NCBI GenBank assembly: GCA_963827655.1
Contig: CAWHCF010000017.1
Location: 1-64,000 of the forward strand
Source: an uncultured Acidobacteriota bacterium
GTDB taxonomy: Bacteria > Acidobacteriota > UBA6911
Length of the DNA stretch: 64,000 nt
Direction of reading: 5' to 3'
The stretch's first letter is position 1. Each line of letters opens with the position of its first letter. The position numbers and the translations under genes were made by a program. Under the pieces are notes generated by a model. It had not been told where the DNA came from, made no database searches, and was given only the letters and a program-made list of their open reading frames with translations. Below are positions 29,705 to 39,787 of this stretch, in pieces.

Positions 29705-30844
29705 ATGCTTGCTGACGCGCTAGTCGAATATTTCCAATCTAACCTCCCGGGCGCTCTGGATCTCCTGAGAACCATCGTCGAGATCGAATCCTGTTCGTAC
29801 GACAAGCCAGGAATTGATGCGCTGGCGGAGTTTCTGGCTCCGCGGTTCAGAGATCGCGGCGCTGTCGTGGAAATCCTGAGCGACCCGGTCCGGGGCAACG
29901 CTCTGAAAGCTGTTTATGAAAGCAAGCGGGCGGGAAAGCCGGTCATGATTCTGGGACATCTCGATACCGTCTGGCCTTCAGGTTCCACAAGCGCTCGCCC
30001 CTTTCGAGTAGAAGAAGGGAGGGCTTACGGTCCCGGCGTCTTCGATATGAAGAGCGGGATCGTCCTCTCCCTTCTCACTTGTCAAGTTCTTCATGAGAAG
30101 AAAATCGATCCGGGCAAAAACCTCATATTCTTTTTCTCGGGGGACGAGGAGATCGGCAGCAAAACCGCTCTGCCGCATCTCAGTTCGATCGCCAGTTCCT
30201 GTGGAAATGTCCTGTGTCTGGAACCGTCGCTCCCTGGCGGTAAGGTCAAGACATTCCGTAAAGGGGTTGGGAGGTTCGATATCCGGGTCGAAGGGATTCC
30301 GTCGCATGCCGGCGTCGACCACGAGACGGGCGCCAACGCGATTCAGGAGTTGAGCCGGCTGGTGCTACACTTACAGGGTCTCACGGATTACGCGCGGGGG
30401 ATCACCGTCAACGTTGGTAAAATCCAGGGCGGAACTGCTTCCAACGTAGTTCCCGCGCTGTGTGAAGCGGAAGTCGACTTCCGCGTCGCCACGGTGGCGG
30501 ATGGTCGCTGGTTGGAGAGTGTGGTGCACTCCGTTCAACCTGCGGATCACAGGTGCAAGATTCAAATCCAGGGAGGTTTGGAACGACCCCCGCTGGAGCG
30601 GACACCCGCTGTGATTGCGCTTTACCAGAAAGCGCGAGGGCTTGCGTCTTCGGTGGGGATGGACCTCGGGGAAGGCTCCACGGGTGGAGGGAGCGATGGA
30701 TCGTTCACAGCCGGAATGGGCATCCCGACTCTCGACGGGCTCGGAGTGCAAGGCGACGGAGCCCATGCGCTGCACGAGCACATCGTTGTCGGCGACATAG
30801 CGCGCCGGACCGCCTTGCTGACCTTGTTGGTGCAGTCGCTTTAA
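29705..30844 (+). CDS. M20 family metallopeptidase (glutamate carboxypeptidase-like)
   Basis: GHLDTVW, GPGVFDMKSG, DEEIGS, LEP, GGGSDG, GAHALHE. Confidence 0.92.
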   Translation: MLADALVEYFQSNLPGALDLLRTIVEIESCSYDKPGIDALAEFLAPRFRDRGAVVEILSDPVRGNALKAVYESKRAGKPVMILGHLDTVWPSGSTSARPFRVEEGRAYGPGVFDMKSGIVLSLLTCQVLHEKKIDPGKNLIFFFSGDEEIGSKTALPHLSSIASSCGNVLCLEPSLPGGKVKTFRKGVGRFDIRVEGIPSHAGVDHETGANAIQELSRLVLHLQGLTDYARGITVNVGKIQGGTASNVVPALCEAEVDFRVATVADGRWLESVVHSVQPADHRCKIQIQGGLERPPLERTPAVIALYQKARGLASSVGMDLGEGSTGGGSDGSFTAGMGIPTLDGLGVQGDGAHALHEHIVVGDIARRTALLTLLVQSL

Positions 30845-30871
30845 GAGTTTGATATTCTGTCGTAGCGTAGT

Positions 30872-31846
30872 GTGAATATGTGCACAGACACTTCCTTCCG
30901 GGCTGGCGATACCGACGCGCGAATAGTGGCGCCTGAAAAGAGCCGGCGGTTGCCGCGTTTCAGGAACCCACTGGTGATGTCCTCTCTTGCGGTTGTTGTA
31001 TTCGGGCTGGTCAGCGCCGGCCTGGCCGCGGGCCAGGGAGCAAAAAAGCCATTTGCTTACGCCGGGCCGCAGTACGTTATCACCGCTGAGATCGGCGGGT
31101 CTCATAGCTTTATTGTGAACGTCATCAACCTTTCGGATTTTGTCATCGTAGTGCAGGCGAGCGACCTGATCTATAGAGGCGCATCCGAGCGCTACTATAT
31201 CGGACAAGTTTTCGAGCAAGACCACCAGGACACGCGTGGAGAACCCCAGAAATATACGGCGTCCGTTCTCTTGAAGGGACAGACTTTCACCGGCCTGACC
31301 GTGCTCGGGGCCTTTCGGGAACTGGATCAGATCGAAGAGATGAGCATCCGGATCGGAGCCAAGCGCTTCTACCTGGAGCAGTTGGAGCAGGTTCATTTCG
31401 AACAACTGGCCGCGAAGATCGGCGAGCTGGACATGAAAAAAGGGAATCCGACGGAGGCGCTTCGGGAAGCCAATATTCCCGAAATTGGAAAGGCTCGGAG
31501 CCCGGATGGAACATCGGAGTGGGACCGCGATTGGCAGGGTCTCCTGAACGCCGAAGGAGTGAATCCACCGCGCATCATCCAGAGACTTGACGTGACTCCG
31601 ACCGACGAGGCCCGTCGGGCGAACGTGCACGGCAAGCTCAGGCTCAATGCTGTGATTAACAAGAACGGAGGAATTCAGGACCTCAAAGTACTCAAGGGAT
31701 TGGGCCGAGGCCTGGACGAGCGAGCCCTGGATGCGGTTAAGAACAGTTGGGTTTTTCTCCCGGCGACCAAAAACGGTGAAGTGGTGGAGACCAATGTCAC
31801 TTTCGAGATCGAAATTCCACCTTCGACTGAGGCCAAGCGCCCATAG
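30872..31846 (+). CDS. TonB C-terminal domain protein
   Basis: EARRANVHGKLRL...GLGRGLDERALDAV...WVFLPATKNG; start may be further downstream. Confidence 0.8.
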   Translation: MNMCTDTSFRAGDTDARIVAPEKSRRLPRFRNPLVMSSLAVVVFGLVSAGLAAGQGAKKPFAYAGPQYVITAEIGGSHSFIVNVINLSDFVIVVQASDLIYRGASERYYIGQVFEQDHQDTRGEPQKYTASVLLKGQTFTGLTVLGAFRELDQIEEMSIRIGAKRFYLEQLEQVHFEQLAAKIGELDMKKGNPTEALREANIPEIGKARSPDGTSEWDRDWQGLLNAEGVNPPRIIQRLDVTPTDEARRANVHGKLRLNAVINKNGGIQDLKVLKGLGRGLDERALDAVKNSWVFLPATKNGEVVETNVTFEIEIPPSTEAKRP

Positions 31847-31922
31847 GCAGGCCCGGCGCTTGTTTTGCGCCTGTTTCTTCGCGGTTGACGATGGAGCAGG
31901 TTTAGATTTATGAGACTGATCT

Positions 31923-32345
31923 ATGAAATCCTTGATCGCAATCTGTGTTCTGCTGCTATACGGTGCGCCGGAGTTGACGGCTAAGTGGCAAGGCCGTTCC
32001 GACGATTCGTCGGCTCCCAGAATCACCCTGGAAGAGTTCAAGAGACTTCTCGAGTCTGACAGTATCGTCGTGTTGGACGTGCGCAGCCCGGAATCTTACC
32101 GGGAAGGCCACATCCCCGGCGCGATCTCGATACCGAATGACGCGGTCGTTTCCCGCGTGAATGAGTTGAAGGGATTCAAGAAGCCGATTGTCACCTATTG
32201 CAGTTGATCGGCCGAACAGACCAGCGCCCGTGCGGTGCTGACGCTGCAGAGCCTGGGAATCGGCAAGGCGAGCGCTCTCCTGGGGGGCTACCGCGCGTGG
32301 CAAGCCGAAGGTAAACCCGTGGTCAAGGGCGACAAACCCAGGTAA
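31923..32345 (+). CDS. Rhodanese-like selenoprotein (in-frame TGA at 32205..32207 read as Sec)
   Basis: LDVRSPESYREGHIPGA...IVTYCS[TGA]SAEQTSARAVLTL...ALLGGYRAW...*; the fold is completed only by read-through. Confidence 0.85.
32222..32240 (+). promoter_or_regulatory. Putative bacterial SECIS hairpin
   Basis: CAGCGCC-CGTGC-GGTGCTG stem-loop starting 14 nt after the TGA, with G in the loop. Confidence 0.6.
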
Positions 32346-32401
32346 TTGAGAATTCCTCACCACCAATTAGGCGCAGCGCGCCAAGATTCGCCGAAGAGGG
32401 G

Positions 32402-33196
32402 CTACTCGTAGTATTGCGCGATCGCTTCCAGCAGTGATTCAGTCGTGTTTTCGCGAGCCCGGATCTCGGGCTGCTTGCCCAAGGATTCCACGGTTCCGGC
32501 TGTGATCGGTCCCAGAACCGCAACGTTTGCGGTTCGAAGGATGCGTTTCCCCTCCGGGTCGCCCATCAACTTCACAAAATTGCTCACGGTCAAGGAACTG
32601 GTAAAGACGATCAGGTCCGGAACCTGGTTTAGAAGAGTGTTGAGGGTCGATTCCTCCACCTTGGGCAATACGCTCTCGTAGCAGGCCACAACATCGACCC
32701 GCGCACCGGCGGACTCGAGGGCGCGCGGCAGCACATCCCGCCCTTCCTTCGCGCGGGGAATCAGGATATGCCGGCCGGCCAGATGTTCAAGTCCGCCATG
32801 GAATTCGGTAAGCGCGCGGACAACGCCTTCGGCCACAAAATCGTCGGGAATCAAGTGGACTTCAACGCCGGCGTCCATCAAGGCCGCGGCGGTAGCAGGT
32901 CCTACCGCGCAAACCTTTGGATTGCGCAAGCGCTCCATCGGGATACCTCGCTCGGTCATCCGCCGGAAGAAATAGTGCGCCCCGTAGGAGCTGGTGAAGA
33001 TGATCCAGGCGTATGCTTCGAGAACGTCCAGCGATGCATCGATAGGGTCGGTATCGCCGATTTCCTGGATTTTAATGGTCGGAAACGGGATGACTCGGGC
33101 GCCAAGCCGGGCGAGACCGGCGGACAGCCGGGTCGATTTCAGCTCGCTGGCGGTCAGAACCACGATCTTGTTTTCGAGCGGCAAGTGAGCGGTCAT
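32402..33196 (-). CDS. hemD: Uroporphyrinogen-III synthase
   Basis: WIIFTSSYG, AVGPATA, FTSSLTV, LGPITA; follows hemC. Confidence 0.92.
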   Translation of the reverse strand: MTAHLPLENKIVVLTASELKSTRLSAGLARLGARVIPFPTIKIQEIGDTDPIDASLDVLEAYAWIIFTSSYGAHYFFRRMTERGIPMERLRNPKVCAVGPATAAALMDAGVEVHLIPDDFVAEGVVRALTEFHGGLEHLAGRHILIPRAKEGRDVLPRALESAGARVDVVACYESVLPKVEESTLNTLLNQVPDLIVFTSSLTVSNFVKLMGDPEGKRILRTANVAVLGPITAGTVESLGKQPEIRARENTTESLLEAIAQYYE

Positions 33197-33209
33197 TCGA
33201 CCCACGAAG

Positions 33210-34124
33210 TCAAGCCGGACCCCGGAGAATCTCCTCACCTCCATCGGCGAGAATTTTATCCGCGAGCGATTGTGCGGCTTTTTCTGCAAGGTGTAGTGGT
33301 TGCGAGATCGATGCGCGAACAAACTTGCTGCCGTCCGGGGTTGAAACCAAGCCGTCGATTTCCAGGATCTTGTCTTCGAGACTTGCGTGGACGGCGATGG
33401 GGCTGTTGCATCCGCCCTTCAACCGGCGCAGGAAAGCCCGTTCCGCCAGCACGGCCGTGGCGGTAGGACGATGGTTCAGAAATGCGATCATTTCGGACAC
33501 TCGCTTGTCGTTTTTTCGCGTTTCGAGCCCCAGCGCTCCCTGGCCCGGCGCCGGCAGCATTTCGTTCAGCTCGAGACGAGCGCTGATGCGATCCTGCATC
33601 CCGAGACGATTGAGTCCCGCGCAGGCAAGAATGATGGCATCGTAGTTTCCATCGTCGAGTTTTCTCAAACGGGTGTCGACATTGCCGCGGATGTCGCGGA
33701 CCTTCAAATCAGGACGGGCGGCAAGGATCTGGGCCTGGCGGCGCACGCTCCCGGTCCCGACGACCGCGCCCGAAGGGAGGGCCTCCAGACTCTGGGCCCC
33801 GTTTCTGCTGATAAGCGCGTCGCGGGCATCCTCTCGGATGGGGATGGCGCTGATCTCCAGAGGACCTGGAATGGAAGTGGGCATATCTTTCATGCTGTGA
33901 ACGGCCAGGTCGATCTCCGCCGCCTCCAGGGCTTCCTCGATCTCTTTTACGAAGACCCCGCGGGCCGACCCGGATCGGATCGAGGCCTTTGCGTCTTGAT
34001 CGCCGGTGGTCTTGAAGATTTGGATCGTGACTTCGAGGTCAGAAAACCGGTCGAGGACTTGTCTTCTCACCCACTGGGCCTGGGCCTGGGCCAGCACGCT
34101 GCCGCGAGAACCGATCCTTAACAT
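33210..34124 (-). CDS. hemC: Porphobilinogen deaminase
   Basis: LRIGSRGS, FVKEIE, AVHSMKD, RGNVDTRL, PAPGQGAL, GGC. Confidence 0.96.
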   Translation of the reverse strand: MLRIGSRGSVLAQAQAQWVRRQVLDRFSDLEVTIQIFKTTGDQDAKASIRSGSARGVFVKEIEEALEAAEIDLAVHSMKDMPTSIPGPLEISAIPIREDARDALISRNGAQSLEALPSGAVVGTGSVRRQAQILAARPDLKVRDIRGNVDTRLRKLDDGNYDAIILACAGLNRLGMQDRISARLELNEMLPAPGQGALGLETRKNDKRVSEMIAFLNHRPTATAVLAERAFLRRLKGGCNSPIAVHASLEDKILEIDGLVSTPDGSKFVRASISQPLHLAEKAAQSLADKILADGGEEILRGPA

Positions 34125-34137
34125 TGCAGATCTACTC

Positions 34138-34285
34138 GATTGCAGATTGCTGATTGCGGATTGCGGATTGCGGATTGCAGATTTTTACAAGCAAGAGTCA
34201 TCTGATTTTCCTGGTCTGCAATCGGAACCCCGACTATCCAGCAAATCCGGTTTTTCAATCCGCAATCCGCAATCTGAATTGCAAT
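34138..34285. repeat. (GATTGCG)n...(CGCAATC)n inverted heptamer repeat between hemA and hemC
   Basis: gattgcggattgcggattgcggattgcag...aatccgcaatccgcaatc. Confidence 0.85.
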
Positions 34286-34288
34286 CGG

Positions 34289-35569
34289 CTAGGTTTCGCT
34301 GTTTTTCTGCAACTTGAAAATACGCCTGATGGTGTCCAGATAGGCTTCATCGTGCAAGGAATCATGGCTCATGCTCTTCATTTGCGTGATGAGCGGGTGC
34401 GCGATTTTGCCCGCAATGCGCGATACCATCCACTCGAGCTCCTGCAGTTCCTTCTCACTGCGCGGGCCGGATCTTTTGAGATAGCGTTCGAGTTCCGCCT
34501 GGCAGATCTCTTCAATCCGGCGTTGAAGCTGTGCGACCACCGGGCTCCGGTCCAGCGAGCGCAGGCGGGCGCAGAAGGATTCCACCTCCTGTTCCACGAT
34601 CTTCTCGGCAAGAACCGCTTCCTTGCGCCGTTCCTGGAGGTTGGCGTCGACCACTGCGCCGAGATCATCGACGTTGTAGTAGAAAACATTATCGATCGTG
34701 CCCACCCGTGGATCGACATTCCGGGGGACTGAAATGTCGATGAACACAATAGGTTCATTCTTGCGCTGCATCATGACTTCTTCGGCCATCGGCCGGGCTA
34801 TGAGAATCTCCGGCGAGCCGGTCGAGGTAAGGACGACATCAGACAAAGATATCCACTTCATCAGGTTGTCGAAAGGAACGGCTTCACCCCTGAATTTTTG
34901 AGCCAGATCGTGCGCTGCCGCCGGGCTGCGATTGGCCACGCGGATAAGTTTGGCCCCGGCTCCTGCCAGATGGCGGACTGCGAGTTCCCCCATCTTACCG
35001 GCTCCGACGATCAGAATGGCGGCTTTTCGCAGCTCTCCGAGGATCTTGCGCGCGAGGTCGACGGCAGCCGAACTCACTGATACCGCGTAGTCTCCGATGC
35101 TGGTTTCAGAACGGACACGCTTGGCGGTGTGGAAAGCCGCCTGGAGCAACCCGTTGAGGTAGGTCCCCGTCGTGCCGGCCTCAACCGCGATGCTGTAAAA
35201 CGATTTCAACTGACCAAGGATCTGGGGCTCTCCCAGAATCATCGAGTCGAGCGAGCTGGCAACCCGGAAGACATGCCGGATGGCCTGATCATCGTGGTAA
35301 CGGTAAAGCTTCCGGGAGAGGTGCTCGCCGGTCAGACTGCTGGTTTCGCTCAGGAACGATTCGAGAGTCTCCAGTCCTTCAGGCTTTTTTTCAACCCGGG
35401 CAAGAAGTTCGACTCGATTGCATGTGGAGAAGATTATCACCTCCTCCACGCCGGGGCGTCCCGCCAGCCGGCGCAGAGCTTCAGGCAAACCCGATTCGTC
35501 GAAGGAGGCAAGCTCGCGCGTCTCCAGGCCGGCGGTCCGGTGATTGAGTCCAACCAAAAGGAGGTTCAA
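34289..35569 (-). CDS. hemA: Glutamyl-tRNA reductase
   Basis: GLNHRTA, STCNRVE, SSLDSMILGEPQILGQ, GAGKM, DISVPRNVD. Confidence 0.96.
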   Translation of the reverse strand: MNLLLVGLNHRTAGLETRELASFDESGLPEALRRLAGRPGVEEVIIFSTCNRVELLARVEKKPEGLETLESFLSETSSLTGEHLSRKLYRYHDDQAIRHVFRVASSLDSMILGEPQILGQLKSFYSIAVEAGTTGTYLNGLLQAAFHTAKRVRSETSIGDYAVSVSSAAVDLARKILGELRKAAILIVGAGKMGELAVRHLAGAGAKLIRVANRSPAAAHDLAQKFRGEAVPFDNLMKWISLSDVVLTSTGSPEILIARPMAEEVMMQRKNEPIVFIDISVPRNVDPRVGTIDNVFYYNVDDLGAVVDANLQERRKEAVLAEKIVEQEVESFCARLRSLDRSPVVAQLQRRIEEICQAELERYLKRSGPRSEKELQELEWMVSRIAGKIAHPLITQMKSMSHDSLHDEAYLDTIRRIFKLQKNSET

Positions 35570-35707
35570 AATCGAATTACCCGAAGAGGACTTGAGACGC
35601 CGCAGTTGTGAGCGGACCAGACCTGAGGCCGTCTCGACTGCCAATCGCATCGCGTCGCCGAAACAAACTCCAGCGGCGCCCTGCGGCGGCGCTCGCGTGT
35701 GCCATGA

Positions 35708-36514
35708 TCATAAATACGCGTGCAGGCTCCTGAACCAGCTCATGCTGAATGTAAAGAGCGCCGAAACAAAACCAACGATGCTGATGTACGCCGCTCGGCG
35801 GCCACGCCAGGACGAGGAGAGGCGGTATAGAACCAGGATCAGATAGATGGCCCAGGTGATCAGCGAGGTGGTCTGTTTCGGATCCCAGCTCCAAAAATGG
35901 CCCCAGGCTTGCTGGGCCCAGAACGCGCCAGTAATAATCGTAATACTCATGAGGACGAAGCCCGCAAAAAGCGATCGCCTCAACAGTTCATCGCAGACCT
36001 GTAATGAGGGCAACCTGAAATAGAAAAAGCGAAACTTCTTGGACTTCAGCTCTTTCTCCTGGATCAAATAGAGGACCCCTGAAATGAAGGTCAAGAAGAA
36101 GGCCGCATACGCCAGGAATGCCACGCTCCCGTGGAAATAGACCCAGTTGCTTTTCAGAATCGGCGGAATGGCGTGATTTTCCTCCCAGGCGAGCTCGGAC
36201 AGGATCATCAAGGAGGAAACCAGGGGCAAGACGAACGCACCGAGCACGTTGATCTTGTAGCGGAAGTAAGCCACGATAAAAGTCAGGGTAAGGCTCCAGG
36301 CAAAGAAACAAAGAGATTCCGGGAGGTTGGTAATGGGGAAGTGCCGGCGCTCGATCCCCAGGAGGATCAAGAAGGCAGTGTGGGAAGCAAACCCGGCGAC
36401 GACAAGTATCAACGCGAGATTGATGAATAGTTTCCGCTTTTGATAGAAACCGAACAGGGAATGGAGGAGGCCCACCGCATAGAGGGCCATTGTAATCTGC
36501 AAGACCCAAGCCAT
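35708..36514 (-). CDS. ccsA: Cytochrome c assembly CcsA/HemX-like membrane protein
   Basis: Multiple TM helices; GAFWAQQAWGHFWSWDPK (WWD motif). Confidence 0.88.
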   Translation of the reverse strand: MAWVLQITMALYAVGLLHSLFGFYQKRKLFINLALILVVAGFASHTAFLILLGIERRHFPITNLPESLCFFAWSLTLTFIVAYFRYKINVLGAFVLPLVSSLMILSELAWEENHAIPPILKSNWVYFHGSVAFLAYAAFFLTFISGVLYLIQEKELKSKKFRFFYFRLPSLQVCDELLRRSLFAGFVLMSITIITGAFWAQQAWGHFWSWDPKQTTSLITWAIYLILVLYRLSSSWRGRRAAYISIVGFVSALFTFSMSWFRSLHAYL

Positions 36515-36611
36515 GGAGATGACTCAAGAAGTCAAAATGTTAACACTTGCGCTGGACCACTCCAACCGAAAAGGTTCTTCGCGGCTTCCTGTCTTTAAAG
36601 GCCACCCCTAA

Positions 36612-36755
36612 GGGTTCGTGCAGAAATAAGTTCGCATTCTGCTGCGCCCCAGGCCCGACGGGGCGCGATCCTCAGCGTGCTTAGCGAACAGAAACCGGTT
36701 CATGATTAACCACCGACTCTCGCGCCAGAATGTGAAGTTATTTCTGCGCGAGCCC
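36612..36755 (+). mobile_element. MITE, complete, with TAA target duplication
   Basis: TAA-GGGTTCGTGCAGAAATAAG...TTATTTCTGCGCGAGCCC-TAA. Confidence 0.9.
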
Positions 36756-36836
36756 TAAGACGCGAAGACGCTAAGAAACACAAAGAAGGTGTGCTATAGT
36801 TTCGTTTTTTTTCAGTCATCCCGGAGCGCCGCGCGG

Positions 36837-37532
36837 GTGGATTTTATTCAGAGAATCGACATTGCGACTTTACTCATTCAATTTGCGGTTCTTCTCTTCT
36901 CGCTGAGCATTCACGAAGCATCCCATGCCTGGGTGGCCGACCGATTCGGCGACTACACCGCCAGGTATTTGGGGCGGGTGACGCTAAACCCAGTGGCCCA
37001 CATCGATCCGATCGGCACCCTGCTGTTTCCGATTATTGCGATTGTGACCGGCCTTCCCCTTATTGGCTGGGCAAAACCGGTACCGGTAAACTCGGTACAT
37101 CTCTCGAATCCTCGGCGGGACCAGATCTATATCTCGCTCGCCGGCCCGGCTTCCAACCTGCTGGCGGCCGCGGCCGCCTTCGCCTTTCTTGCGGCAATAA
37201 AGTTTGCATCCACTCACGCTGGCGCTCTGGTCGACAATATGGTGATTACGATGAGAATCCCGAGTGAGAAATCGGCACTGGCGCCAATCCTCGGGATGCT
37301 GTTCTTCATCGCGCTTATGAATCTTGCGCTTGCTCTTTTTAACGTTATCCCTATTCCCCCTCTGGACGGGCACTGGGTGCTCTACGGGTTACTCCCCTCT
37401 GGGGCCGCCCAGATCATGGACCGCATGAGCTCCTACGGAATTCTGATACTTTGGGGATTGATGCTTTTCGGGGCATTCAACTTCATTTTCGAATGGCCCC
37501 GGAATGTGCTGGGCCTTTTGTATTATCTTTAA
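36837..37532 (+). CDS. Site-2 protease (M50)
   Basis: HEASH, AGPASN, FNVIPIPPLDG. Confidence 0.93.
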   Translation: MDFIQRIDIATLLIQFAVLLFSLSIHEASHAWVADRFGDYTARYLGRVTLNPVAHIDPIGTLLFPIIAIVTGLPLIGWAKPVPVNSVHLSNPRRDQIYISLAGPASNLLAAAAAFAFLAAIKFASTHAGALVDNMVITMRIPSEKSALAPILGMLFFIALMNLALALFNVIPIPPLDGHWVLYGLLPSGAAQIMDRMSSYGILILWGLMLFGAFNFIFEWPRNVLGLLYYL

Positions 37533-37538
37533 GAGTCT

Positions 37539-38294
37539 ATGGACAGTAACAATCTGCTCGATTCCCAAGGCGAATCGTCGACGGCATCGACCATCACGAT
37601 CAAGTTGGATGGCTTCGAGGGTCCGCTCGATCTTCTGCTTCATCTACTTAAACGAGAGGAGATCGATATCTGGAATATTCCCATTGCCCGCATCACAGAG
37701 CAATACCTGGAATATCTCCAGCTCATGAAGGACCTGAATATTAACGTTGCGGGCGAGTGGCTGGTGATGGCGGCTACTCTGATTCACATCAAGTCGCGAA
37801 TGCTTCTGCCCCCAGATCCCGTGGCGGCCGCGCCCGAAGCGTCGGATGATCCCCGGACCGACCTGGTCTACCAGCTTCTGGAACACCAGAAATTCAAGAA
37901 TGCGGCTCAGATGCTTTACACCCGAGAAGAAGTGGAGAACGCGGTTTGGAGCAGTCCCCCTCGTGAAGTACTGGAAGGCGAGAAGGACGTCGTTGCCGTC
38001 AGCCTGTTCGATCTGTTGAAGGCGTTTCACGACATTGTGAAGCGTTTCGAAGCGCAGCGCGCTCTGGAACTGGGGGGAGAGGAGGTTTCCATCGATGAGA
38101 AAATCGCCGAAATCAGGCGCCTTCTTCTGATACACGACAGCATGGTGTTTTCCGCATTCTTCGCTCGATCTCCGTCAAAACACCACCTGATTGTGACGTT
38201 CCTCGCGCTGCTCGAACTGGTAAGACTGCACGAAATCTGGCTTTATCAACTCAAATCCTTCGACGAAATCCACATCAGCAAAGGGAAACGGTAG
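37539..38294 (+). CDS. scpA: Segregation and condensation protein A
   Basis: FEGPLDLLLHL, AATLIHIKSRMLLP, TFLALLEL. Confidence 0.95.
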   Translation: MDSNNLLDSQGESSTASTITIKLDGFEGPLDLLLHLLKREEIDIWNIPIARITEQYLEYLQLMKDLNINVAGEWLVMAATLIHIKSRMLLPPDPVAAAPEASDDPRTDLVYQLLEHQKFKNAAQMLYTREEVENAVWSSPPREVLEGEKDVVAVSLFDLLKAFHDIVKRFEAQRALELGGEEVSIDEKIAEIRRLLLIHDSMVFSAFFARSPSKHHLIVTFLALLELVRLHEIWLYQLKSFDEIHISKGKR

Positions 38295-38321
38295 GGACTC
38301 CCCAAAGCTGTGTCCCGCCCA

Positions 38322-38867
38322 ATGAATATGGAAGTTGATGAGCTGCTACCGATACTCGAAGCGATCATCTACGTCGCGGATCAGCCGGTTAAACGCGATC
38401 AGTTCAGAGAGATTCTGCCGGACGAAAGCTCCGACAAGATCGAGTTGGCGCTGGCCAAGCTGATGGATGAATTCAACTCGCGGCCCGGAGGAATGATCAT
38501 TCGCGAGGTGGCCGGCGGTCTCAAAATGACGACGCGTCCTGAGTATCACGAGCACGTGCGCGCGTATCTGAAAACAAAGCCGAGCGCGAAACTTTCGATG
38601 GCATCCCTTGAAACTCTGGCCGTGGTTGCCTACAGGCAACCCGTTACGCTAGCCGAGATCCTCGCAATTCGCGGCAAGAAATCATCCACTGCGCTCAATA
38701 CTCTTCTGGAAAAAAAGCTGGTTGCGATTGTTGGGCGCAAGCCTGTGGTCGGCAGGCCGATTCTCTATGGTACCTCGCGCGAGTTCCTGATTCATTTTGG
38801 CCTGAAGGATCTTTCAGATTTGCCCACTCTGGAAGAGTTTGCGGAAATTGCCGGCGAGCGGCTGTGA
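38322..38867 (+). CDS. scpB: Segregation and condensation protein B
   Basis: LSMASLETLAVVAYRQPVT, GRPILYGT, FGLKDLSDLP. Confidence 0.95.
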   Translation: MNMEVDELLPILEAIIYVADQPVKRDQFREILPDESSDKIELALAKLMDEFNSRPGGMIIREVAGGLKMTTRPEYHEHVRAYLKTKPSAKLSMASLETLAVVAYRQPVTLAEILAIRGKKSSTALNTLLEKKLVAIVGRKPVVGRPILYGTSREFLIHFGLKDLSDLPTLEEFAEIAGERL

Positions 38868-38870
38868 GTG

Positions 38871-39596
38871 ATGGCCGAGCGACTTCAGAAGATAATCTCT
38901 GCAGCCGGACTAGCGTCGCGCCGCAAGGCCGAGGTTCTGATCATGGACGGGAGGGTCACCGTCAACGGCGAGCTTGTCAGGAAACTGGGAACCAAGGCTG
39001 ACCCTTTCCGAGACCACATCAAGGTCGATGGCAAGTTGATACGGCAACTCCCGCCGAAGGTCTATTTGCTGCTCAACAAGCCGCGGGGAGTGATCTCTTC
39101 CGTGGCAGACCCGCAGGGCCGCGTCAAGGTCACCGATCTGGTGAAAACCAAGGAAAGAGTCTATCCTGTAGGACGTCTTGATTATGATACTGAAGGATTA
39201 ATCCTTCTCACCAATGACGGCGGCTTTGCGCGCATCGTGAGCAGCGCCGGCGCGCACATCTCGAAGGTGTATCATGTGAAGGTCAAAGGCAAGCCCGAAG
39301 TGGCTTCATTGACGCGGCTCAAGGAAGGGCTGCCGCTGAAGGATGGTCGACACCTCGCTCCTTCAAAGATTCGGACCTTGCGGGAAGGAAGCAATAGCTG
39401 GTACGAGGTTACGCTGACTCAAGGCAAGAACCAGCAGATTCGCAAGATGTTTGAGGCGGTTGGCCACAGGGTCCTCAAGCTGCGGCGCGTTGCCATAGGA
39501 TTCCTTACCGGATCAGGGCTTGAGGTGGGCGCTTACCGGCGGCTGAATGAGCGAGAAGTTGCCCGCATCTTAAGACTGGGCCGGCAGCTCGATTGA
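38871..39596 (+). CDS. rluB: rRNA pseudouridine synthase (RsuA/RluB family)
   Basis: ERLQKII S4 domain; GRLDYDTEGLILLTNDG. Confidence 0.9.
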   Translation: MAERLQKIISAAGLASRRKAEVLIMDGRVTVNGELVRKLGTKADPFRDHIKVDGKLIRQLPPKVYLLLNKPRGVISSVADPQGRVKVTDLVKTKERVYPVGRLDYDTEGLILLTNDGGFARIVSSAGAHISKVYHVKVKGKPEVASLTRLKEGLPLKDGRHLAPSKIRTLREGSNSWYEVTLTQGKNQQIRKMFEAVGHRVLKLRRVAIGFLTGSGLEVGAYRRLNEREVARILRLGRQLD

Positions 39597-39787
39597 CTTT
39601 GAGGTCTCAACTGCTCCAGGTACGTCACGTATTGCGACAGTACTTGGGTTCGATACGATTCTGCGCAGCTCCAGCGCTGCAGCAGCGAATGCACGCTGGG
39701 TCAGGCAGCTACATCTGCGCCGCAGACGATCGCACTCGTGCGCGCGCAGGGCTTGCAGAGAAGCAGTACTCCGAGCACGGCAGGAGT

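Noticed and set aside
30371-32041. Long antisense ORFs (also 16648..17994, 23606..24739 and 19968..20939)
   Set aside because: Shadow frames of well-supported genes in GC-rich DNA, with no motifs.
39597-39787. FMN riboswitch or N-terminal extension before ribE
   Set aside because: No RFN consensus (AGGGC.GGGTGAAATTCCC); the true start is MFTG at 39788.
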